From: Planctomycetota bacterium
GTDB lineage: Bacteria; Planctomycetota; PUPC01; JACPCR01
Direction: 5' to 3'
Length of the DNA stretch: 64,000 nt
Assembly (NCBI GenBank): GCA_016179685.1
Contig: JACPCR010000051.1
Location: 70,323 to 134,322 of the forward strand
How positions within the stretch are numbered: the first letter of the stretch is position 1; the number at the start of each line of letters is the position of its first letter. The position numbers and the translations under genes are program-made. This document shows positions 55,896 through 64,000 of the stretch, piece by piece. The notes under the pieces are model-generated. The model saw only the letters and a list, made by a program, of their open reading frames with translations, was not told the DNA's origin and made no database searches.

Positions 55896-58215
55896 CATGA
55901 GCACGCCCATGAATCCCCGCCTCGTCCATGCCCTCGAAGAGTTCGGCCCCGTCGGCAGCGCCGAGGAAATCCGGCAGGCGTTCGGCCGAGCCGTGGAATC
56001 GCTCGGCCAGTCTGGCGGCATCCTCCTGATCCCAGGTGAACAAGCGCGCCACGTCCGGACGGAGAACACCACGCAGCGCCTGCTCCGGACCCCGCCGCCT
56101 CCGGCTCAGACGAAGGAATGGAAGGCCGGACCCGGAGTCACCCTGATCGAGTCCGGCGCGCAGAACGTCCAGCTCCGCGTGCCTCAGATGTCCGGCCTGC
56201 ATATTGCCCGCACGCTGCGCATGGACCCAGAGGGCAGCCTGCAGCACTGGCGCAGCAACCCCATCATCCAGATGGACAACCGTGTCATTCACGGGTCTAA
56301 CAGCTATCTCGACTGGCTTCAGGAGGCGGTGGAGAAGGGGCGGGACCGGCGTTTCTATCTCGCGACGGTCCGGGGCATCCGGCCAGGCCAGTTTCTCAAT
56401 GCCCACGAGGGGCCCGGAATGAAAGGCGGTGTTGCCCGTCTCTGCGTCAAATCCGTCGGTTACGACGCCGCGAAGAAGCTGCACTACCTGGTGGCGGACA
56501 CGGACCTCGACCACATCGCCGGGGCCATCCTCCAGAACAAGAACAACGTGGGGCTCCTCCGGATGAACCAGACCGCCAACAGCGACGAGCAGACCTATGA
56601 CGTGGTGGTCAACCGCTACCAGTACGCCCACGGGGACACCTACATTTTCTTCGGCGGCTTCAGCTACATGAGCAACATCCATTCCGCCTATGGCGACGAA
56701 AACGGCGTCATTTACGGAGCTTTCACTCATAGCCTGACCAACGCCTTCCGAGGCCGAGTCGAGACCGTCGACGCCGCCCGCGGACAAGTTCGGTTCGCGC
56801 TCGGATCGGTCCACGCGGAAACGCTGGCCAACTCGCGGCCGCTTGTCAACCTCAACCCCAACAAATGGACGACGCAGGGCCGTGTCTGGATCGTGCCGGC
56901 CGAGTCCTACTGGAAGCCGGTCGACACGGGGAAATACCCCTTCCAGGGAAAGACGTATCCGACGGTCTACCCCGATAGCCCCCTCACGGGCCAGGCCGGC
57001 TTCACCGTGGACGAGTTGACGCTGAAGGACGGAGGGAGCGACCTGCCGGGCCTGCGGATGGGGGGGCTCATCCGCGGCGGTCCGGAGTGCCCGTGGACCG
57101 AGGGGATCGTCGGCCGCTTCTTTGCCGTCACGGAGGAGAGCGAGCTGGTCTATCCGAGCTACGCCATTCCGATCCACCGGGAGCGCGAGGATGTCTCCGG
57201 GCCCTATTATTCGAGCCTGACCGGAGGGGGAGTCCTCCGCTGGTATCGGATCAGCTCGCTGCGGCAGAATCCCGACGGGACCAAGGACATCGAGATCGAA
57301 CGATTCTGGTCCGGGGCGAGGACCGCGGGGAGTCCGACACTTTTCGACTTCGAGAATTACACCTGGGACGCGCATCTCCGGCCGTTGCGATACGCCATAG
57401 CGCCAGGCACGTACGTCCTGGACGTCTCGCGGGCTGTGCCGGGCGAGTCGGGGGAAAGCGAGCGTCTCCTGGGGCTGGCTCCTCACGGGGACGCCGGCAC
57501 GGCGATGGACTTCGAGCCGGGCGACGAGGTGGAGCAGGCGATCGGACCCGATCCGTTCAAGCCGGTGGCTTTCCGCGCCTGGTTGTGGGACCACGTGCCC
57601 GGCGCCTGGCCGTCGCCGGTCATGGATGTCTCCAACTGGGGCGCGTCTTCACGCTACGCTGCGCTGGCCGTCCGCGGCCTGGGCCGCAGCCTCGAAGAGG
57701 TCCAGAAACGCCAGGAGAAGAAGCCCGCCTGGGATAAGGCCATCAGCCTCGAGGCGGCCTGCACCGTGGGCATCGACTGCAAGGCCGACTTCGCCGACGC
57801 GGCCATCCTGTTCGAACAACCTTACCGCGAACAACCCATCAAGTGGCGTTACGATCACAGGCCCGGCCGCCCGCCTCAAGAGGCCATCCTGACGGTTTCC
57901 ACTCGGACCGGCGAGCTGCGATACCAGGGCGGCGGAATGCGGCTGCCTGGTCCGCTCTCCGAGGTGCAGGGACTCTCCGGCAGCCCCGCGCCCGCCCGCA
58001 ATCTCCGAGGCAAGAACGTGCCGGTCGAGCCGGGTGCAATCTCATCGCGAATCCAGTTTGACCGACCGGAGTCCGACGCCGATTATGCGGTCTTAGTCGA
58101 ACAGTCCTGGCTTTCGAGTCACGCCGTCTCGGAGAAGTCGGCCGAGGGCTTTCTGGTCGCCTTTGACCGTCCGGCGCCGCGGGGCGCGACACTGGACTGG
58201 ATGATGGTGCGATGA
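55896..58215 (+). CDS. Large hypothetical protein (773 aa), no recognisable domain
   Basis: Long ORF with coding-like composition; the start at 55771 was rejected because it overlaps the URO-D gene. No signal peptide seen. Confidence 0.55.
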
Positions 58216-58374
58216 AACGACAACTTCAAGCGGAATCGGAAGCGTCCGCTATAATTTTGCGCTTTCCGGCCAACCGGGGACGCAAGGGTTCCTGCGGCCG
58301 GCTTTCCTTTGAGCTGGCTCACGACCAGGAACTCGATCGTGGGCAGCTTGGCCTTTCATGCGGAGTCATTCAGC

Positions 58375-59391
58375 ATGTCCAAGAAAGTCGCCGTCGCCAT
58401 GATCGGGTGCGGAGGCATGTCGGGCCACCACGCCCGGGTCCTGAAGCGCAACGCGGACGCGCAGGTCGCCGCCGCCTGCGATGTCAAGGAGGAAATCGTC
58501 CAGAACTACATCAACAACAATTTGGCGGACGTCCCGACACGGCCGCAGGTCTTCACCGATGTCCGGCGGATGTTGAAGGAGGTCGAGCCTGACGCGGTGT
58601 TCATCTGCACGCCGCACACCCTCCACTACGAGCAAGGGATGCTCGCACTCGACTCCCGCTGCCACGTCTTCATGGAGAAACCGATGGTGACCTCGGCGGA
58701 CCATGCCTACAAACTCGCCCGGAAGGTCAAGGAGACCCGGAAGGTCTTCGTTATCGGCTACAACACTCCCTGTACCCCGGAATTCAACTTCTTGCGCGAC
58801 CAGATTCGCAAAAAGGCATTCGGCAAGCTCGAACTGGTTGTCGGCTACATTACCCAGAACTGGCTCAAGGGCACCTTGGGCACGTGGCGGCAGAAGCCCG
58901 AGCTGTCCGGGGGCGGCCAGGCCTACGACAGCGGAGCCCATCTTCTCAACAGCCTCTGCTGGTCCGTCGAGTCCAACGTCGGCGAGGTGTTCGCGTATCT
59001 CGACAATTGTGGCAGCCCCGTCGATATCAATTCTTCGATCAATGTCCGGTTCGAGAACGGCGTCATGGCCAGCATCGTCATCAGTGGCAACTGTCCGCCG
59101 GGCGGCGGCACCCACATGGCCTTCGTCTTCGACGGCGGCCGCGTCGAGATCGACGGCTGGGGCGGCTCATGGATACGCGTCTTCGACCAGAGCGGCCTGA
59201 TCAAGTACCCGCCGATACACGGCAAGCCGCAGTCGCCGGACGACAACTTCATCAACGCCGTGCTGGGCCGCGACGAGCCGCGTACCTCGCCCGCCAACGG
59301 CATCGTCCATAGCGAGCTCATGGACGCCATCTACGAGTCCAGCCGGACCGGCAAGCCTGCCAGGCCCAAGCGCCGTCGAAAGGGCTCTTGA
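58375..59391 (+). CDS. Gfo/Idh/MocA-family oxidoreductase
   Basis: VAVAMIGCGGMSGHH Rossmann motif; EKP motif (FMEKPMVTS). Confidence 0.75.
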   Translation: MSKKVAVAMIGCGGMSGHHARVLKRNADAQVAAACDVKEEIVQNYINNNLADVPTRPQVFTDVRRMLKEVEPDAVFICTPHTLHYEQGMLALDSRCHVFMEKPMVTSADHAYKLARKVKETRKVFVIGYNTPCTPEFNFLRDQIRKKAFGKLELVVGYITQNWLKGTLGTWRQKPELSGGGQAYDSGAHLLNSLCWSVESNVGEVFAYLDNCGSPVDINSSINVRFENGVMASIVISGNCPPGGGTHMAFVFDGGRVEIDGWGGSWIRVFDQSGLIKYPPIHGKPQSPDDNFINAVLGRDEPRTSPANGIVHSELMDAIYESSRTGKPARPKRRRKGS

Positions 59392-59483
59392 TTCGTCCTT
59401 TTCCCGTTGGTCACGGCTTCAATCCTTGAAGACACCTGAACCGTACGATGACGGCTGCACTCCGGGTTACGCTCGCCGTCTTT

Positions 59484-59514
59484 CCTGACACCTGACACCT
59501 GACACCTGACACCC
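59484..59514 (+). repeat. Tandem heptamer (CTGACAC)x4, same word as the family-2 stems
   Basis: CCTGACACCTGACACCTGACACCTGACACCC about 20 nt upstream of the isochorismatase start. Confidence 0.7.
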
Positions 59515-59529
59515 TCCGGACTCTTCCCC

Positions 59530-60216
59530 ATGACCCGCTTCCCCGAACTCGACGCTTCCATGCGCTCCGTCGACGATTACTACAAGTCCCGCGGCCTCTT
59601 CCAGGAACGCTTCGGATTCGGCTGCAAACCCGCCATCGTGGTCATCGATTTCGCTTACGGCTGGACGGACGCCGCCTACGCGGGGGGCAGCCGGAGGCTG
59701 GATGAACCGGTGCGAAACACCCGCAAACTCCTGGATTTTGCCCGGCCGCGGCGCGTCCCCATCGTCTACACCACATCCCCGTTCCGGCCCCAGACCGGCG
59801 ACCCGCCATTCAAGTCCGCGGCCGACCGTTCGCCCCGCTTCAGGCCCTGGGACGCCCGGGCATGCCGGATCGACGCCCGGATCGCTCCCCGGCCCGGGGA
59901 ACTGGTGATTCTGAAGGAGAATGCGAGCGCTTTCTTCGGCACCCACCTCGCCCCGTACCTGATCGAACACGGGGCGGACACCCTGCTGATCACCGGGTGC
60001 AGCACCAGCGCATGCGTGCGCGCCACGGCGACGGACGCCAAGGCCTACCGATTCCGGCCCGTGATTATCCGAGAGTGCGTGGGAGACCGGGCGGAAGCGG
60101 CCCACGAGTGGACCCTCTTCGACATCCAGGCGCGGTTCGCCGACGTCGTCTCGCTCGACGCCGCTCTGAAATACCTTGGGAAATGTCGTGTCCGGCGGCG
60201 CAGGAAAAACGAGTAG
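59530..60216 (+). CDS. Isochorismatase-family cysteine hydrolase
   Basis: AIVVIDFAYGW (Asp), catalytic Cys in LLITGCSTSACVRATATDA. Confidence 0.75.
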   Translation: MTRFPELDASMRSVDDYYKSRGLFQERFGFGCKPAIVVIDFAYGWTDAAYAGGSRRLDEPVRNTRKLLDFARPRRVPIVYTTSPFRPQTGDPPFKSAADRSPRFRPWDARACRIDARIAPRPGELVILKENASAFFGTHLAPYLIEHGADTLLITGCSTSACVRATATDAKAYRFRPVIIRECVGDRAEAAHEWTLFDIQARFADVVSLDAALKYLGKCRVRRRRKNE

Positions 60217-60312
60217 GCGAGTTCGCCAGTGTGCTGACGCCCGCGCGGCAAGGGGCAGGGCGATGCCACAAACGAGGACTGATGATCGTCGTCCGACCCC
60301 GAAGAACGGAGG

Positions 60313-61065
60313 ATGACCGTTATGGAACTGACCGAGCAGCACCGCCAGCAGTATTGGGACGAGGGCTACACGTTCGTCCCCAACCTGATTCCTGGGACCG
60401 ACATGGCCGCCCTCCGGGCCCGCGTCCTCGAAATCGTCGAGGGAAAGCACACCTGGCCACCCCGGCACTTCCAGGTGCTGGACCCCAGCCGTTACAAGAA
60501 TCCGGACGGCAGCCCGATCCCCGTCGGCATCCAGAGGCCCGGCAAGGTAGAGAAGGTCTTCGAGACCGTCGCCTACCATTCCCACCTGGAAGCCGCGATG
60601 AGCCACCTCCTCCGCGGTCCCGTCGAGCTGTTCACGGACCAGGTTGGCGTCAAGCACGCCTGTATCCGTGAGGAGCAGGCGGGCAAGACCTTCTACCACC
60701 AGGACTCTTACTACTGGAAGATCGATCCGAAGCTCGGCTGCAACTGCTGGATTCCCTGCGACGAGGTCGGACGGGGGGCCATTGCCCTCGGCATCCTGCC
60801 CCGCAGCCACCAGGGTTGGGTCATCACCCCGCACGAGTCCTATTACGACGATCCGCCCTACTTCGGCGCCGGCAGCTCGAAGCCGTTCATGCGACACCGC
60901 GTCCCGCTGAACCTCGTCGACTTCTCGAAGGAGGTCGTCGTTCCGATGAAGCCCGGCGACGCCCTCTTCTTCACCAACTATACCTGGCATCGCTCCGAGG
61001 AGAACCGCTCCGGCGCGACGAAGGTCTTCTACGCCATCGCGTACAAGAGGACCATGAAGTCCTGA
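60313..61065 (+). CDS. Phytanoyl-CoA dioxygenase (PhyH)-family Fe(II)/2-oxoglutarate oxygenase
   Basis: HQD...H motif spacing (YHQDSYYW ... WHRSEEN). Confidence 0.65.
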   Translation: MTVMELTEQHRQQYWDEGYTFVPNLIPGTDMAALRARVLEIVEGKHTWPPRHFQVLDPSRYKNPDGSPIPVGIQRPGKVEKVFETVAYHSHLEAAMSHLLRGPVELFTDQVGVKHACIREEQAGKTFYHQDSYYWKIDPKLGCNCWIPCDEVGRGAIALGILPRSHQGWVITPHESYYDDPPYFGAGSSKPFMRHRVPLNLVDFSKEVVVPMKPGDALFFTNYTWHRSEENRSGATKVFYAIAYKRTMKS

Positions 61066-61128
61066 CCGGGCCGGCTTCCCGCTCCTTGCTCCTCGCTTCT
61101 TTCTTCTCCCTCTTCTCCTGTCCCCTCG

Positions 61129-61560
61129 TCACCCCGCTATCTGGCGTAACAGATCGCTGACCCGAGAGGTCAGGTCGTCTCGGACGGACCGGAATACCTT
61201 CAAGACCTCGTCCCTCGACCCAGACGCCCGCGCCGGGTCCGGGATGGGCCAGTGCAGACGCTGCACCCGGCCCGGGAAGGCAGGACAAGTCTCCTCCGCA
61301 TGCCCGCAGACCGTGATGACCAGGTCCACCGCGTCTGCCGGCACCTCTTGCAGGTGCTTGGACCGGTGGCCCGTGAGGTCGAGTCCGATCTCCTTCATGA
61401 CCTCGATCGCCAGGGGATGGACGTAGCCGGCAGGCTGCACCCCGGCGCTGTAGACTTTGATGCCCGGGTAGGCATCCCGCCGGACCAGCGCCTCCGCCAT
61501 CTGTGAGCGGCACGAGTTGCCCGTGCAAAGGAACAGAATGCCATGGGGACCGTCGGCCAT
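61129..61560 (-). CDS. arsC: Arsenate reductase, LMW-PTP type
   Basis: CTGNSCRSQMAE P-loop and CGHAEETCP second Cys pair; start at MADGPHGILFL. Confidence 0.8.
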   Translation of the reverse strand: MADGPHGILFLCTGNSCRSQMAEALVRRDAYPGIKVYSAGVQPAGYVHPLAIEVMKEIGLDLTGHRSKHLQEVPADAVDLVITVCGHAEETCPAFPGRVQRLHWPIPDPARASGSRDEVLKVFRSVRDDLTSRVSDLLRQIAG

Positions 61561-61696
61561 GTTCGTCTCGGAATGACCATATATCCGTGGTTTTCGCGAA
61601 TCCGCGGGGCATGTTTCAGCAAACTCCCCATGCCGATCCTTCATGGCTGAAATCCCCGTTTCCAGCGTATCCCCTTCTGCAATCAGCGGGAAAACA

Positions 61697-62422
61697 TTAC
61701 TTCGCACCCGCCCGGCGTTTCGAGTAAAACTTCGGGGGCAAGAAGGGGTCGGTCTTGCTTCTCAGCCGGTCCGGGATGTCGGTGTAGTTCGAAATCTGCG
61801 GGGTATCAGCATGCCCGTAGTAGAGATGAAGGGTGCGCCTCTGCCGCGACCCGAGGCGCAGCCGGGCCGTGTGGACCAGAGCCGTGTGGAAAAAGGCCGC
61901 GGTGCCCGCGGGGCCGAGAAGGTCTACCTCCCGGGCACGATCGTGTTCCCCGGGCTTCACGTCCCTCCACCGGTTATGCGTGCCTTCCACCATGGCAAAA
62001 CAGTGGTCCGTGTTCGAAACATCGCTCAGGTAATAGACGAGCGACAGGGCGTGAATGCCCAGAGGATAGGTCTCATTGCGCTTGAAATCCCGATGCCACG
62101 CCGGCTTCTCCGGGATGACTTGGGTGGGATTCCTGAACATGGCCGAAAACTCGTCGAACGTCACGTCCTCGATGAGCGTCCTGAGAATGGGCATCAATCG
62201 GGGATTCTCGACCGTCAGGTCCAGTTCGGGCACACGCAACAGGATGTTGGCATCCTGGAGATGTCCGTCCCCGCGCTTCAACGGCCAGTCATTGGACTTG
62301 AGGTCGCGGTCGAGCGCTTCGTTGATCACCCGCACCTCCTGGGGCATGAGCGCTCCGGGCAGGATCAAAAATCCTTTCTCATCGAATTTCTGCCTCAGCG
62401 CATCGAGATTTTGGGCATTCAT
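61697..62422 (-). CDS. Phytanoyl-CoA dioxygenase (PhyH)-family protein
   Basis: WHRDF...H pattern; second PhyH paralogue in the window. Confidence 0.65.
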   Translation of the reverse strand: MNAQNLDALRQKFDEKGFLILPGALMPQEVRVINEALDRDLKSNDWPLKRGDGHLQDANILLRVPELDLTVENPRLMPILRTLIEDVTFDEFSAMFRNPTQVIPEKPAWHRDFKRNETYPLGIHALSLVYYLSDVSNTDHCFAMVEGTHNRWRDVKPGEHDRAREVDLLGPAGTAAFFHTALVHTARLRLGSRQRRTLHLYYGHADTPQISNYTDIPDRLRSKTDPFLPPKFYSKRRAGAK

Positions 62423-62590
62423 GCAAGTTCCTTTCGTGGATTCGCAAGAATTCCTGGGGTCCTCTGGCCCAAGCTGAACAGCCGTCGAGAAAATAGGGTC
62501 ATCTTCAATGGGTCATGATACGCAAAGTGGCGTGGGACAGGCAAGTATGGCAGCCTTGTGTCACTTCTCAATCAGTTCGGGTAAGACTTA

Positions 62591-62628
62591 GACGAATGAG
62601 CAGGTGCAGCCGCACTTGCTCATTCGTC
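62591..62628 (+). repeat. Family-3 hairpin, second copy with a different but complementary outer stem
   Basis: GACGAATGAGCAGGTGCAGCCGCACTTGCTCATTCGTC; core identical to 25340..25359; G.T at the same position. Confidence 0.7.
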
Positions 62629-62638
62629 CACGAGGCGA

Positions 62639-63028
62639 TCATTCCCGGGCTTCGGGCAGGTCGAGGAGAAACCGCCAAGCAGGCACCATCGTGATGCGTC
62701 CCCCATGGGTTTCGATGAGGTCATCCTCGTTCCTCGTCACGATGATGCCTGTTTGGAGTTTCAGTTCGGCCATCGCCTCACCAAGAGCCGACACCTCGCG
62801 CAGGCGCGTCTGTGGATCGGCCATGGACTCGCATGCCTGAAACAGGGCTTGCGGGGGTTTTCGGCCGGATCTGCCCACGGCAGCCCCAGCGCAAGCTGGG
62901 ACGACGAAATCCACCTCGCGCCCGGTTCTCGTCCTGGAGCAGCAGATTTCAGGGTGCAGTCTCCGGAGAGCCGTGAAGAGCAGATTCTCGAACAGATGCC
63001 CCGAGTTGACGAGGATTCCCGACGACAC
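62639..63028 (-). pseudogene. C-terminal fragment of a DUF4143-type AAA ATPase (N-terminal ATPase domain absent)
   Basis: 129-aa ORF matching only the DUF4143 C-terminal region (GHLFENLLFTALRR...REVDFVV). The space upstream is occupied by the 63133 gene. Confidence 0.45.
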
Positions 63029-63132
63029 CGATGCAACTGGACATGGCGACCGGAGGAAGGCAAGTCGTTACAATATCATGGGCTTGGTTCATGGCGTTTT
63101 TCCCCCGAAGGGGAGAGGAGCTCATCGAATCT

Positions 63133-64000
63133 ATGGTCCGCTTCATGGTTCTCCTCGTTGCCGGACTTGCGTTGATTTTCGGATTAGACGGCATCAGCGC
63201 CGAGGGCACTGATGCCCGTCCTGCCTCCCAGCGATATCCCACGCCTTCTACCGAGGCACGCTCGGAGATGGTGAAAAAGGCAGCGGCCTTCCTGGTCAAA
63301 GGTCAGAACGACAATGGCTCTTTCGGGCTCGGAAAGGAGGTGGGCGTCACGGCCATCGTGCTCAACGCCCTCTTGGTGAGTGACGCGGCCTTTTCTGACC
63401 CGGGTAATGCGGTCAGCCAGAAAGCGCTCACCTTTCTCCTGGACAATGTGCAGCCGAACGGGCGGATCAGCGATCCGGGCGGCAAGTATGACAACTACAA
63501 GACGAGTGCGAGCGTGGTGGCGCTTTCAGCGCTGGGGGAGAAGGACTATGCGGCCCTGATTCAAGCGGCGGCCGATGCGGGCCACCTTTCCAGGGACAAA
63601 TTGGCGGAACTGAGCCGGGAGCGGGTGTTCTCGGGCGCACAGAAGTATCTGACCTCCCAGCAGGCGAACGAGTCCTCCGGCTTCGAGCGCCACAAGAGCG
63701 TGGAATATGGCGGACAGGATTATGGCGGGGGCCGGATGCCGGACGTCTCGAACAGCCAGTTTGCCTTGGATGCTTTGTACACTATGGGCCTGCGCAAGGG
63801 CCATTCTTATTTCACCCGAATGGAGGTATTCCTGAGCCGCAGCCAGAATCTGAAGAGCGTGAACGACCTCTCGGACGAGGCCAAATTTCCCGACCTGAAG
63901 AATTTCGAGGTGCAGGATGACGGCGGCTTCAGCTATGCGCCGGCCCTGAGCAAGTCCGAAGTGGACGTCAACGAAAGGGGCAAGAAGATAGCGAAGTCCT
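63133..64000 (+). CDS. Secreted prenyltransferase/squalene-oxidase-like alpha-toroid repeat protein, 3' end outside window (not in ORF track)
   Basis: Hand translation from ATG 63133: MVRFMVLLVAGLALIFGLDGISAEG (signal peptide) ...AAFLVKGQNDNGSFGL...FLLDNVQPNGRISD...; frame stays open to 64000. Confidence 0.65.
   Translation, partial: MVRFMVLLVAGLALIFGLDGISAEGTDARPASQRYPTPSTEARSEMVKKAAAFLVKGQNDNGSFGLGKEVGVTAIVLNALLVSDAAFSDPGNAVSQKALTFLLDNVQPNGRISDPGGKYDNYKTSASVVALSALGEKDYAALIQAAADAGHLSRDKLAELSRERVFSGAQKYLTSQQANESSGFERHKSVEYGGQDYGGGRMPDVSNSQFALDALYTMGLRKGHSYFTRMEVFLSRSQNLKSVNDLSDEAKFPDLKNFEVQDDGGFSYAPALSKSEVDVNERGKKIAKS

Noticed and set aside
55771-58215. Upstream start for the 773-aa hypothetical protein
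   Set aside because: It would overlap the last 88 nt of the URO-D-family gene. ATG 55896 lies downstream of that stop.
1-64000. Search for tRNA, rRNA, tmRNA, RNase P, integrase/transposase, restriction-modification, toxin-antitoxin pairs
   Set aside because: No T-loop/anticodon-arm arrangement, rRNA-like conserved blocks, HUH/DDE/tyrosine-recombinase motifs or small paired ORFs were recognisable by eye. Absence is not proof; a tRNAscan/Infernal run would be decisive.

Overview
A 64 kb, high-GC (about 65%), gene-dense chromosomal segment with about 50 protein-coding genes on both strands. Many genes overlap by 1-8 nt and several use GTG/TTG starts. I found no rRNA, tRNA, CRISPR array, transposase, integrase, restriction-modification or toxin-antitoxin hallmark by eye. 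The gene content suggests a Planctomycetota/PVC-type genome (inference only): three signal-peptide or TM-anchored 'prenyltransferase/squalene-oxidase-like' alpha-toroid repeat proteins, a TPR + HEXXH (MA-clan/DUF1570-like) peptidase, a 1978-aa secreted ConA-like lectin-domain giant protein, and standalone PilD. Recognisable housekeeping content includes PTS enzyme I (5'-truncated), SurA-like PPIase, a MoeZ / cysteine-desulfurase / NifU-like sulfur-mobilisation divergon, AmiC-like amidase + PilD, RsmB, NadD, a complete E. coli-type frdABCD fumarate reductase operon, ArsC, several peptidases (M20, M24, M29, C13) and glycosyltransferases (GT2, GT-C). The most unusual feature is a network of at least four families of short, conserved, mostly palindromic intergenic elements (REP/MITE-like). 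One intergenic region (51.73-52.15 kb) carries at least five units. One copy sits inside the only ATG-initiated reading frame of the surA-like gene. One family supplies the TAG stop codon of two unrelated genes. I did not find a canonical defence or mobile island. The best candidates for undescribed biology are the repeat network, the paralogous envelope-protein modules (11.3-13.8 kb, 18.3-22.2 kb, 63.1 kb onward), and an uncharacterised enzyme cluster at 54.7-61.1 kb. Fine coordinates of short motifs may be off by 1-2 nt; around 28.2 kb my reading of the printed sequence disagreed with the ORF track by 1 nt.
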